A stretch of 63,778 nt of DNA, counting the filler, from Reclinomonas americana ATCC 50394 (Eukaryota): the NCBI GenBank assembly GCA_048213135.1. It is 10 parts of 10 records of this genome, joined end to end, with 100 filler letters (N's around TTAATTAATTAA, not from the genome) between each part and the next. Parts side by side here need not be neighbours in the genome. Positions count along the whole stretch, not along the records: positions 41,463 to 56,583 come from AFZH01019566.1; positions 56,684 to 58,919 come from AFZH01019567.1; positions 59,020 to 61,531 come from AFZH01019572.1; positions 61,632 to 63,778 come from AFZH01019588.1; 6 more parts are not named here. One strand, 5' to 3'. Under the pieces are notes generated by a model. The model did no database searches. It saw only the letters and a list, made by a program, of their open reading frames with translations, and was not told the origin of the DNA. Shown one piece after another: positions 50,252 through 62,056 of this stretch. Position 1 is the first letter of the stretch, and each line of letters opens with the position of its first letter. A program made the position numbers and the translations under genes.

Positions 50252-51479
50252 CTATCGTTTACTCCTCACTGGCGGCGGTGCGGTAATGTCGAACGGCTCG
50301 TCATCCGTCTTTGTGATAATATCTAACTCGTCGTCATCGCCACCGTCGCCGTCGTCGGCTTCGGCATCGGGTGCGGAGCCCATCACCGGCACCTGCTTCT
50401 CTCGTAGCATCTGAACAATGGCAGCACGCAAGTCCGCGATACCCGCACTTCGCTTGCTGCTGGTGACAATGAGCAGAGGCACAAACAGTCCCGCCTCGCC
50501 ATATCTCAACAAGGCCTGCACACCATTGTGGTGTAAGCACACCGTCGGCAATCGCCACAAACGAGAAACGCAACTGACTGCATCACGGTGTTGGCCACGG
50601 CAGATAGTTGCGCATCGTTGACACAGTCGGCCTTGGTGAGCACGACCTGGAACGGTCGAGAGCACGACACGAGGAAGTCCATGAACTCCAAGTCGGCCGG
50701 CATGAGATCGCCTCGTCGACTGTCGATGAGAATCAACACGCGCTTCAGACTGCAAGAGACGAGGAGAGAAGACGGTGGGTGAGAACACCAAGCATGCACA
50801 CGCACACACTCCCCTCTCCTGCATCCAACCTTCTCGACGTGGTCATGCTGTGGTGAATCAGGTCGTGGAAACGCTCGGTGGCCTGTCGCGGAGCATCAGC
50901 GTGCCCGTACCCCGGCAGATCCAACAGCAGCACCTTGCCCGCCATTTGCGCATTGCGGATGCCGTAGTAGTTTAGCGTTTGCGTACGACCCTGTGTACGT
51001 TCACTGAGTCCAGCACGCAACGCGAACAAGAGAGGCGAGGAAGCCACCGACCGGCGTCTTGGAAATCTTTACGAGCGCCTTTTGGTTGACCAGCGCATTG
51101 ATGAGCGACGACTTGCCGACATTGGAGCGGCCGGCAAAGGCCACCGTGGGTATCTGTCGCTCGTTGAGTCGCTCGGCCTCGTGCACGCTGTACAGCAGAT
51201 CGAAATCCTGCGAAAACATGACCCTGATCCTCAGTGAGATCCTCAGCGATCAGATGGTGTGTATCAAGAAGCAAAAGAACACGCGCACCTCGCCACGCGA
51301 TGCTGCGCAGCGTTGGGCAGTGGCAAGCGGAAAGGATTGACAAATGCATGCTGGCGACCTGTGCAGGAGAAAGATCAGCGGCTCATCTCCACTGGCGATG
51401 CTCTCTGTGCGTGCTTATCACCAGTGGCAGATGTGGAGAAGAGGCGATGCACGCAGAGGCCTCGTCGCAGAGCTTGCAT
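50252..51479 (-). CDS. EngB/YihA-family GTPase (GTPBP8-like), likely organelle-targeted
   Basis: [47 protein letters not shown]-terminus [18 protein letters not shown] resembles a presequence. Confidence 0.92.
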
Positions 51480-51532
51480 TTGTGTAGTGTATCATCGGAT
51501 CAACAGATCACCTTCCACTCACTGCTGCTTGC

Positions 51533-53026
51533 ATGTCGAGCCACGACAGTTGCGCTCTGCTTAGTGTGTCTCACACACTCTGTCACACACACACACCTCT
51601 CACTCACTCACCGTGTGCAGACTCGGCTGCACCGGCGATCGCCATGCGCCAGTTCATCGCAGGCGCCAGTGCAGGTGTGTGCTTGCTTGCTCTCTCCGCT
51701 CTCCCTCCTCTCTCCCTCTTCCCTCTCTCTCTCTCATGCATGCAGGCTTTGTGGCGGACCTCACCTCGTTCCCTTTCGACACCATCCGCGCACGCATGAT
51801 GACTCAAAAGGTGTGCCTGCTCTCTCTCCACTCTGCTCGCTTTCATCACTGTTGATAATGATCCGCGATCATCGACGTAGGCCGGCAGCGGTGAGTACTA
51901 CAAGGGCGTGGGCGATGCAGTGCGCACCATTATCCGCACCGAGGGCGTGACGGCGTTCTGGCGAGGAGCAAGCACTGGTACGTATGCAAGCATGCATTTG
52001 CGTCTTCCGAGACGCCTCCCCCATTGTGCCATGGTTACCACCGTGCTTGTTTGCTCTTGCTGTGCAGTGGCCGCCGCCACCGGTCCTGCGCATGCATTGT
52101 ACTTTGGAGGCTACGAGACCAGCAAGAGGCTGCTGTCGTACGACGGTTCCGGACGACAGGAGCGGCCACTGGCGCACTTTGTGTCGGGATGGGCGGCGAA
52201 CCTGTCGGGAGCCATTGTGTGGACTCCCATGGTGACTGTGGATGTTGTCGTCGTAGTCGTTGCTTTCATGGACGACAAAGCTGACTTTTGTGTGTTATAA
52301 ACCAGGATGTGGTGAAGCAGCGCATCCAGGCCAAGGTCGGCGCCAACACGGTGGTGGCCACAGCAAAAGACATTATGCGTCAGCAGGGCATCCGTGGATT
52401 CTTCAAGGTGCAGCAGAGTGGCATTCTGCGACGCCTTTGTGTGCTTGCTTATCGACAATGGTTGCAGGGCTTCCTAATCGGCCAGGCAACATGGGGACCA
52501 TTCACTGGCCTCTACTTTTTGGTATGCACACACTCGTCTCCACCTCCACACATGCACGTGAATAGTAACCATGCACGTGTGTGTGCACGTGCTGCAGGGC
52601 TATGAATCACTAAAGACACTGATTGGCCGCGTCCTCGACCGCGACCGCAATCACATCCCGCTGCCGGCCGCGCTCATGGCGGGTGTGGTGGCGGGTGCGG
52701 CGGCCGCGAGTATTACCACGCCTCTGGATTTTGTCAAGACACGATACCAGGTGTTCCGCGACAGCGGGAGCAGTGCGCGTGCCGTGTACCGAGCCATTGT
52801 GTCCTCCAGCGAGGGTGGCCTGCGTCAGTTTTTCCGTGGCACCACCGCGCGCATGATGTGGATCGGACCCAATTGTGGAATCACCATCGCAGCTTGTTGC
52901 GTCATCCGCTGCGTGTGTTTGTACTCCCAGTGACGACACTCACTCACCCTTTTTTCGCACGCCACAGATGAGGCCTTCAAACGCCTGTACCATGCAGCTG
53001 CAGAACCGACCGTAGAGAAGGACTAA
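51533..53026 (+). CDS. Mitochondrial carrier (SLC25) protein
   Basis: Three carrier signatures (PFDTIRARM, PMDVVKQRIQ, PLDFVKTRYQ) and GPAHALYFGGYE. Confidence 0.92.
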
Positions 53027-53087
53027 TCACGTAATAAACCCCCTGCCCCCAATAGTGTGCACGCCTCCGCTTGCTTGATTGATTACG

Positions 53088-54050
53088 TTATGAGGGTTTC
53101 CGTCGCGCATACGTGCGCAACACTCTCGCGGCATCGGCCGGACTCCGCGTTTGCAACTCCAACATGAGTTCCCACGCCGGCTGCGACTCGGCGGTGCCCG
53201 GGAACGGCAGCTGTGCCATCGAGCAGGCTCGGTCGGCCAGCGCCACCAGCACACGCGCAGTGATTACGGCATCGTACAGCGCGCGGTGATATGTCGTCCC
53301 TCCGTCGGTGACCACCGATGTCACATCTGCAGGCGATGTGAGAGCGCGCCGAGGGCACAAACAGTGGAACAGCGGGGCGCACCGAGAGACTTGATGCTGC
53401 CGGCGGCCACCAAGTGCTCCGCGACACTCTGCAGCGCAAACGACGACAACTTGTGCTCTCGCAACAGCCTCCGCGCCAGCACCACCGAGTCGAGCACCTG
53501 TGACGAGCCGTCGACCAGCAACGGTGGCAGCGGTAACCGTACCCGCTCAAACGCCTTGCGCAGATGCCGCAGATCGAACGGCGCATTGTGGAAGCACACC
53601 ACATGACAATCGGCTACACAGCGATGAGCAACAGCAATGGCAGCACAGACACGACACGACACACACCAATGAACGATCGCAGTTGATCCAGCACCAAGCG
53701 CGGCGCCGGTGCCGTCTCCAGCATGCGCGTGGTGATGCCACAGTACTGCTGCACGCGCTGCTCGGTGGCCCCATACCACATGTGCCTGGGAATCGCCACA
53801 AACGGATTCATCAGCGACGAGTACGTGGAAACCACAGCGTCGTTCGCCGCCACCAGCTGCACCTTGGCCACACCCACCTGCACCAACGCACCACCCCGAA
53901 TGAGAGTGAGACAGAGACAGAGAGCGCGTGACACACACCAAAGAAACGCGCCTCGATGACAAAATCAGCAGCCGACAGCCCCGTCGTCTCCGTGTCGATC
54001 ACCGCGCACTGCAGCACGCGGCTCGACTGGCTCATCCATCGTCGCCACAT
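53088..54050 (-). CDS. DEDDh 3'-5' exonuclease (DnaQ-like)
   Basis: VIDTETTGL, HNAPFDLRHL, HRALYDAVITARV. Confidence 0.88.
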
Positions 54051-54053
54051 GAT

Positions 54054-56287
54054 ATGATTGAGACAACAAAATCCGACGGACAGACAGACACTACACTGGA
54101 AGGAATGTTGCGCTCATCGGCGAGACGTAGCGGTAACGGCGGTGGCAGCTGCTCCCACTGCCAGCACGACGAGTACAGCAACAGCAGTGGCGAGCGGCAC
54201 GATCACTCAACCACCGACGACGAGACCGACGAATCTGTCGCTGCTGCTGCCGCGACCGTTGCCTTTGCCGCGGCCGCCGCCTCCTCTTCTTTGTCGTCTG
54301 TGGCGCGCGCCAGTGATGGAAGTGTGGTGACTGAGCTACACTTCTCACGCGACGCACGCGCTCTCGATGCCGAAGATCCGCCATCGCTGACCGTCTACAT
54401 TCGAGCGTGCGCGCGTCTGGGAGTGGCACTGGGACCGGATCCAGCAGTGGTGGTCGCACTAAAGCTGCCGTCGGTCACACTTGTGCGGCCAAGGTTTGTG
54501 TGTGCTTGTGTGTGCCTCTTCTTCTTCTTCTTCGTCTTGGTGTTTGACTGTGAGAGTGCGTGTGTGTGTCTGTATTCGCATATTCCCCCGCGGTTCAGTC
54601 GTACGTGGAGTGAGAGCGATGTGTTGGCGGTGTGCGAGGCGCTGATTCACGACAATTCCATCACTGCGTTGGACTTGTCGAGCCGGTGTCGCAAGTGTGG
54701 ACCTGACTGGTAAGTGTGTGTGTATGTGCGCGCGTGTGTGTGTGGGGGGGACCATTCAATCATTGTCACTCAACTCCGGTTCCGGCGAATGTTCTCGTTG
54801 TTTCATTTTCTTCGTTTCACCGCGCGCTCTCTTCCTTTCACCACTCCTTCATTCCATCTCGCTCGCGCTCCTTCTCCTCCTCCTGTGTCCCCGTGCTCTG
54901 TTTCTCCCCGCCGTGCGTCTCTCGTGCGTGTGTCGCTTCTCCGTTCTCCATTTTTGGTATCGATGAATATTCCCCCCGCACGTGCTGATTCGTGCTGTGC
55001 GCTGCAGGCTCCGTGTGCTGTGTGCGCTGCTTGCCCGCAACCACCGCATCACGTCGGTGAACTTGGCCTCCAATCGCATCGACAACGAGGTGCGTGAACA
55101 TCTCTTGCTGCGTTTGTCCATATTTATCCGCCCAATTTCTTGCATGCTCGAAACAGGGCGCATTCCTTCTGGCCGACCTGCTGATGCACGACGAGAACCT
55201 CAACAATCTGCACGTGCTCAACTTGCGCTCCAACAACATCAAGGTGGACGGTGCGCAGGCTCTGGCCAAGGCGCTCTCACACAACCGCACTCTCGTCTCT
55301 TTCGACATTTCCAATAACTCGATCCGCGTCGACGGCGCGGCGCTCATTATGAATGCCGCCGCCCAGAATGTCAATATCACGATTGCCAATGCCGAGGTTG
55401 GAGGGATGCTTTTGCTGTTGTTGGTGTCCCCGAACTGACTCGAGATCGTGCGGGCAGGGCAATTTGCTGATTGAGGAGCTGGCCAACGCCATCACGCACG
55501 GCGTCGGACTGTTCCTGGCCTTCCTCGGCGGCGTCTACATGATGACGCAGGCCGCACAGCGAACCACCGTGCACATGATGGCGTGCGCCATTTTTGTGTC
55601 GGCACTGACACTGATGTATGCCGCCTCCACTTTTTACCACTCGTTCTTCCTGCTCGACACGGTTTCGTCTGCACTCCCCAATCGCGCGTGTCGTGTGTCT
55701 ATGCCTCTCTCTTACCAAGCCATATGGTTCATGCAGGCGCGTGTCATTTTCAAGATCCTCGATCGCGGCTTCATCTACGTACTCATTGCCGGCACCTACA
55801 CCCCGTTCCTCATGATCAACCTGTACGGCACGTGGACTGGACCGATGTTGATGGCTGGCCAGTGGGGCCTGGCACTATTCGGCATCTTCCTCAGCGTGCG
55901 CCAGTACACCTCGGTGCTGACCACACTGCTGTACGTGTGCATGGGCTGGCTGGTGATGTTGAACCCGAAGCCCTTTGCCGACTCGATCAGCGGCTACGGA
56001 ATGTGGTGGGTGGCGGTCGGCGGCATCTTTTACACTGGCGGCGTTTACTTTTTCCTGAAGGACGAGGTGAAGCCGATCTACCACAGCATTTGGCATGGTG
56101 CGTGTGTGCGTGCACATTGGTGAAGCGACTCGCTGCTGTCGCTGCGTTAACTGACTCGATGTGTGCGGCAGTGTTTGTGATGCTGGGCTCGTTCAGCCAC
56201 TACTTTGCCATCTTGTGGTACGTGGTGCCGCACCGCATTGTGGCGCTGGAGGGTGCCGACGACACCATGTTCCGCGAACTGGCATGA
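54054..56287 (+). CDS. LRR (RNI-like) + hemolysin III/PAQR fusion membrane protein
   Basis: LRRs (VNLASNRIDNEGA, LNLRSNNIKVDGA, FDISNNSI) spliced in frame to EELANAITHGVG, YAASTFYH, LDRGFIYVLIAGTYTPF, HSIWHVFV..GSFSHY. Start uncertain. Confidence 0.85.
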
Positions 56288-56683
56288 TAGATAATTCCGT
56301 ACCTCTAGAGACACACACGCGCGGTTCTCTCCTGCGTATAGCCAGAAAAACCACACACATACGACGCATGACGCGAAGAAAAAACACTTGTACATCACAC
56401 ACCTCCACAAGTAGGTTTCAAATATATTCTTTTCTGCCGCGGCACGGCAAAAATAACACACCAGAGAGAGGGGGAGGGGGGGTTTAGGGTTCTTATTGCA
56501 CTCGCTACTTTTTCGCTAATTGCAGCCCACGGTCGTTGGAACTGCGTCACTATTTTGCTGCTGCGGAGGCACTGCCGCCGGCCNNNNNNNNNNNNNNNNN
56601 NNNNNNNNNNNNNNNNNNNNNNNNNNNTTAATTAATTAANNNNNNNNNNNNNNNNNNNNNNNNNNNNNNNNNNNNNNNNNNNN

Positions 56684-58919
56684 AGTTCGAGTGATGAGTC
56701 GGGGGAGAACCGGGGCAGCTGCCGCAAGCAGTCTCACCATTGTACGCAAGAGACGGCGCTCGTGATCCACCAGCCACAATGAAACACGCTCGGCGTCCAT
56801 GACCTGGATCGAAAGAAACGAAGGGGTGAGTGATCGCGGAGAGGCAAGGGAAACGTGAGGTGTTGCTGACCTCTCGTGACTGCTGCATGATCTGATTAAT
56901 CACATGCTCGTTGGGGGCACCATTGGTCATCGAGGAAGCAATCGCGAAAATGGACTGCGCAATGCGGAGGTCAGTGGTGGTGGAGCAAAGGAGGAGCACT
57001 GGCGGGTGAGAGCGGTACACACCCCAATCTTCTGCTTGCCCTCCTGCACGCGACGCGACATGGACTGGTTGTTGAGCGCCACGGCGCAAAAGTTGGCAAT
57101 GGCCGTGACAGTGCGTTCGTCGCTGGCACTAAACGTCAAGTCCCTGGCATTCCTCTTGTTCAGCACCTGAAGTGATGCACGAGAAGAGTGTGAGAAGCAA
57201 GCTGCGAGGGCCATGCGCAAGCAAGGATTTGAAGTACCTGAATCACACCAATGACGTGTCCGTCGACCGTGACCGGCACGGTCAGCATGCTGCGAGTAAT
57301 GTAGCCGCGCTGCTGATCCACCGAGTCGTTGAAGGCCGAGTGTCCGCGCACGTTGGGTGTGTTGACCAGCGTGCCAGTTTGTGCGACGTGGCCCACAATA
57401 CCGGTGCCCAGAGGCACACGAATCTCCTCCGTGTCTGCGAACCACAAGTGTAAGCAATACAATGTACAACAAAAGTGAGACGCATACACACGCCGCACTC
57501 ACCATGTGCCACCTTGGTCAACAGCACCTCGTTGTCCCAGTCGACTACATACACCGAGCAGCGATCGGCACCGACAATGTCTCGTGTGCAGTCGGCGATG
57601 CGCAGCAAGCAGTTGCTTGTCGTGTCGTGACTGAGAATGTTGGCAAACTCCACGTACGTGTTGCTGCGCACAATCTCCTTTTGTGTGCGCTCATGATGCA
57701 GCGCATTGGTCAGCGAGATGCCGACAAACACTCCGAGAATGGTGCAAAAGTATTCGTCGTCGTCAGTGTACGGCTCGCCACCGTTCTTGTTGATGAACTG
57801 CAGCACACCAATGATCTGTCCGTGACTCTTGATTGGCAGGCACAGCATGCTCTGCGTTTGCGCGTGCGTGCTTGAGAGCCCACTCATTTCTGACACGGAA
57901 ACGATTTCGAGATGATTTCCGTACCTTGGTGGTGTAGCCGGTGAGCTCGTCGACATCGTGATTGAAACGCGGATGCGCGTAGGCGTCGCGAACATTGAGC
58001 ACCGTCTCTGCAGCGGCCGTGCACACACGAATGAGGAGACGCGTGTGTGGTGCACCACAAAACAGAGAATGCGAGCTGTTACGCACCCGATGTGACGCAC
58101 AGCCCCGCAATACCCGATGTCGCGGGCAAGCGGAATTCACTCATGCCATCGGCCATCAGCGACACCAACTCGTTTGTGTCCTTGTCCAACAAGAACATGG
58201 TGGCGCTGTGCATGTGCGCGAGGTGGTGAGTGACGAGCAACATCGATTTGTCACCGTCGCACTCACCGGTCGGAGCGCGTCAGTGTGCGGGCATCTGTGA
58301 GGATTTGAGATGCGAGTTGTGTGGTCGAAATGTTGCTCTGCGCAGGGCGGTGGGGCAGTGAGGATGCTTGTCGACGTGCAATCAACAGTACCGGCTCGCG
58401 CACCGTGACATCTCGAGCAAATCCGAGTAGCGCCTGCAGTCGGTCCTTGTCGTTGCGTGCGTGCTCGTAGTTGCGCTCCAGCAGCTGCTTGCTGAGAATG
58501 TTATCGAAGGCCAGGCTGACGGACTGCAACACACTCTCCACCGCCTGCACCACATGATCGTCCATTTGGCGTCGGCTGCTGCCCCGCTGAATACCATAGA
58601 CGAGAACGCCAGCATGCTATGATAGGAGATAGAGTTGGCACACGAGACAGGCATCAAACATATCACAAACAAAGATCCACTCTTACCGATGTCTTGTCGC
58701 GGTTCTGGAACGGCGAAAAGGCCACCTGCGTCACTGGAGCTGCTGTGCCGTGCAGTGCCGGATCATCGGTTCGTGCATTGTATCGTCTGTCGCTCGACAG
58801 ATCTGCGGCATGCATCACCGGCGAGCAGCTCAGCACGCTGCATCGAACCACGCAGACAAAAAAAGAACCGATGCTCACCGTTGACCACCACCGTGGTCTG
58901 TGTGTTCATGGCAAACATG
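56684..58919 (-). CDS. Tandem GAF-domain protein (phosphodiesterase/cyclase-type GAFs), truncated by gaps
   Basis: Two GAFs with DAYAHPRFN..VD..TGYTTKSMLCLPI..GVLQFINK and GIVGHVAQTG..FNDSVD..GYITRSML..LNK; part of another GAF upstream. No catalytic domain visible. Confidence 0.85.
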
Positions 58920-59144
58920 NNNNNNNNNNNNNNNNNNNNNNNNNNNNNNNNNNNNNNNNNNNNTTAATTAATTAANNNNNNNNNNNNNNNNNNNNNNNNN
59001 NNNNNNNNNNNNNNNNNNNAGTACCGCCGCCGATAGCTGAAGCACCTCCCAATCTAAAAATGACCCTCATACCGATGGTAATGTGTCTGTCGCGTGGCAC
59101 GTATTTGTATGTCGCTGCATCTCACACGCGCGTCACAAAAAAAG

Positions 59145-60954
59145 ATGGCCCCGGCCACCGGCGCTGGAACAGAGTCGCTGATATCGCGATTGGTTGATCG
59201 TTCGTTGTCGAGACCGAGCTCGTCGTCATCGTCAACCTCCACCTCGACAACGACCACCTCCACCACCACCACAACGACCACGCCAACGGCTGGTGGGGGC
59301 CCTGTAGCAGGAGTAGCGGCCGGCGGCACGGCGACTGCACCGATAGTGACATTGGTTGCTGGAGCGACGGCAGCAGGAGTCACAAAGAATACGCTGGCAC
59401 GTGTGGCAGCACCCGAACGGAATCCACAAGCGGCGGCACCGTCGATTGCCAGCCTGCTGACCAATGGCGCGGCAGGAAACACTCACCCCAGTGGAGGAAA
59501 AGGAAAGGGAGCAGCACATCGCGCAGATCCGTGGCTGGTGTCTCGGGCGCTCGGGGTGGCGCACCCGTTTGAGACAGTGATGCCACACCAGCCGGCAACG
59601 AGGTTTGTCGCGCTGCGCATGCTTTTTAATGCTCGACGCATAGCCGGTCGCTCATTATCGCAGCAACAGCGCCGAGGGGATGCACGGTGACATGAGCAAC
59701 AGTGGAGGGCCGGCCAGGCAGCCTCAACAAGCGCGGCCAATACAACGCCCGTCACCGCCGACACTACCGACACCGCCAACCCCGCCGCCGCCGCCACCAC
59801 CCCCGCCACCTCCACCACCTCCCCCGCCACCTCCACCTCCTCCTCCTCCGGTAGTACCAACACCACAGGCAGCACCACCACCACAGACGCCGGCGCAGCC
59901 ACCGTCACAGCCGCTGTCGCAACGACAGCACATGTCTTCTGCGATGTCCACCATGGCCCCACCACAGCAACCACCAGCACGGCCCCACGCAATCGTGGCA
60001 CCCGTCGCAAGTCCGAGTCTTGGATCCATTGTGGCAACAGTCGCCGCAGCGAGTCCCGCAACCAGTGCGCCCGCCGCGGTGGGCATTAACATGCCCTCTT
60101 CCGCATCGCTGATAGGGGCCAGTGTGGGATACCCGGCTGCGACTGCCGCTCTCAATGCGGCCGGTCTTGTTGTCGCGCCTGCTGCGCCAGCCGGTGCCAG
60201 TGGCAGTGGTGGTGGTGGCGCTGCACCGGCACCGTCAGCGGCATCCGTGATTGGCGGACTCGCGTCATCGGGCAGTGCCACTGACGCCTCCGCAGCGCAG
60301 TCGCTGGCGACAATCGCACAACTGAGAGCCTCGAGTTCAACGACTGTCTACGACGCATTCTTCGAGGTGTGTATGGCAAGTATACCTCCTGTTGTGTGCT
60401 GAGGTGCCCTGAGCATCGTGCACGCAGTTTTCGGATACGGCTGCCGTCATTTTCGGCCAAGACCTGCGCGTAATTCACGCGAATCAGGCTCTGCGTGCTC
60501 TTCTCGGCTTTGAGAATACGACCGTGGCGGGCGTGCCGATTACGGAGTTGCTGTGCGCGGGCAAGGTCTGTCCTCTTTTGTTGTACTTCGTCCAGCGAGC
60601 GAGTCGTTGACGATTGTTGTTGTCTTCCCCGCAGGATGAGCTGCAACAACACACCCTGGTACAGTACACCCGCAATGCGATGGAGTATCTCGGCTTCGCG
60701 AATGGGCTCGGGCGCAAGTCTGTGCTCGTCAACGACATGTATGTGTGCCTGCCGTCCGGTGTGCGAGGGCAGACTTCTCGCGAGGTACGTTTGTTCTCGA
60801 TCTGCGGTGCTGTGCGAGCAGCGTCGCTCACTCCGCAACACGCGGGCGCCACCAGGTGTCCTATCGGAGCGTGGCCATCCGCATTCTGTGCTTTCCGCGT
60901 CTCGATGGTGCACAAACGTACTACGAATTTTGTGCCGAACTGCACCTCGTTTGA
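59145..60954 (+). CDS. Pro/Ala/Thr-rich protein with C-terminal PAS-like domain
   Basis: AVIFGQDLRVIHANQALRALLGFENTTVAGVPITELL is PAS-like and follows a poly-Pro tract. 5' exons uncertain. Confidence 0.6.
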
Positions 60955-61003
60955 TCGCGGCAATGGCCGCTTACACGTAATTGAAAACACCATAATTTAC
61001 CAC

Positions 61004-61531
61004 TCATCGTACAGGCTCGCGAATGAACAACGATCCGTAGAGCTCGATCTGTGACAGATGCAGCTCTAGACGGCCCGCGAGTGCCGACTGTATGAGCGAC
61101 ACTCGGAAGCGACGGAATGCACGCGTAGTGTCCACAGGAAATGTTACAAAGGTTCCTGCAAGGAGTGTTGGTCATCCGCAACACAAGGAAAAGAGTGCAT
61201 GCATACGTACCCGCAGGTCCACTCAGCGACGGATCTTGCACGTGCGACGACAATGTGACCCATTCTTTGCCGTCATCGGAGCCCTCGAATCTCCACGACC
61301 GCATGTAGTTGTCTGCGACACAGGGGATGATGAGCATAGCCTCGGAAGCCTTTTTGGCCAAAATAATAACAGGTGCAGCGCGTACCGGTGGTGCCGTCTT
61401 GCCGCAAAGTATACCCGGTGCAGATGAGTGAATGGTCGTCGAGCAGGTCGACCCGCACCCACTGCTCGCGACGGCCTTCGGTGAACCACGTACTCAGATA
61501 CGCGCGGTCCACGAGTCGCTCCGGTCTGTGC
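61004..61531 (-). CDS. F5/8 type C (galactose-binding-like) domain protein, C-terminal part
   Basis: WVRVDL, GYTLRQDG, MRSWRFEGSDDGKEWVTL, FRRFRV, LHLSQIELYG. Confidence 0.78.
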
Positions 61532-61631
61532 NNNNNNNNNNNNNNNNNNNNNNNNNNNNNNNNNNNNNNNNNNNNTTAATTAATTAANNNNNNNNNNNNN
61601 NNNNNNNNNNNNNNNNNNNNNNNNNNNNNNN

Positions 61632-62056
61632 TTCCGTTCGAGTGTGGGATGTGCAATCTGGGGGAACTGTGGCACGAGTGTGTTGTACAACATCAAAAGA
61701 CTTCGAGAAGCCCACTGCCGCGGTGATGTTGAACGACGGGCGGGTTGTGATTGTCGCCTACAGATTTTCTGGCCTTTCAGTGTGGCCTGTTGGTGCGTGG
61801 TCTCTTGGCTGAGTTTGCTTCCCGCTACTGACAAACATTGGCTGTTGGTGGTGATCACACAGGGTCAACGTTGGGCGGGTGGTACATTGGCCGGGAGTAT
61901 GAGTGCATCAGGAGAGCCTTGAAAGCACTGTCGAGAGATGAGGATGAGGAGGGTGACGACGAGGGAGAGCCACTTCCCCACTTTGTTCTACGTTGTTTCC
62001 TTGCTGAGGAAGCAGAGATGCTGTGCTTCCGATATGCCTCGGCCAGTCAATGGTGA
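61632..62056 (+). CDS. 3' end of WD40 family paralog with SOCS-box-like tail
   Basis: LQIFWPF, intron, then GWYIGREYECIRRALKAL...EGEPLPHFVLRCFLAEEAEMLCFRY. Confidence 0.65.

Noticed and set aside
56480..56492. GGGTTTAGGGTT telomere-like motif
   Set aside because: Only about 1.5 units; could be chance.
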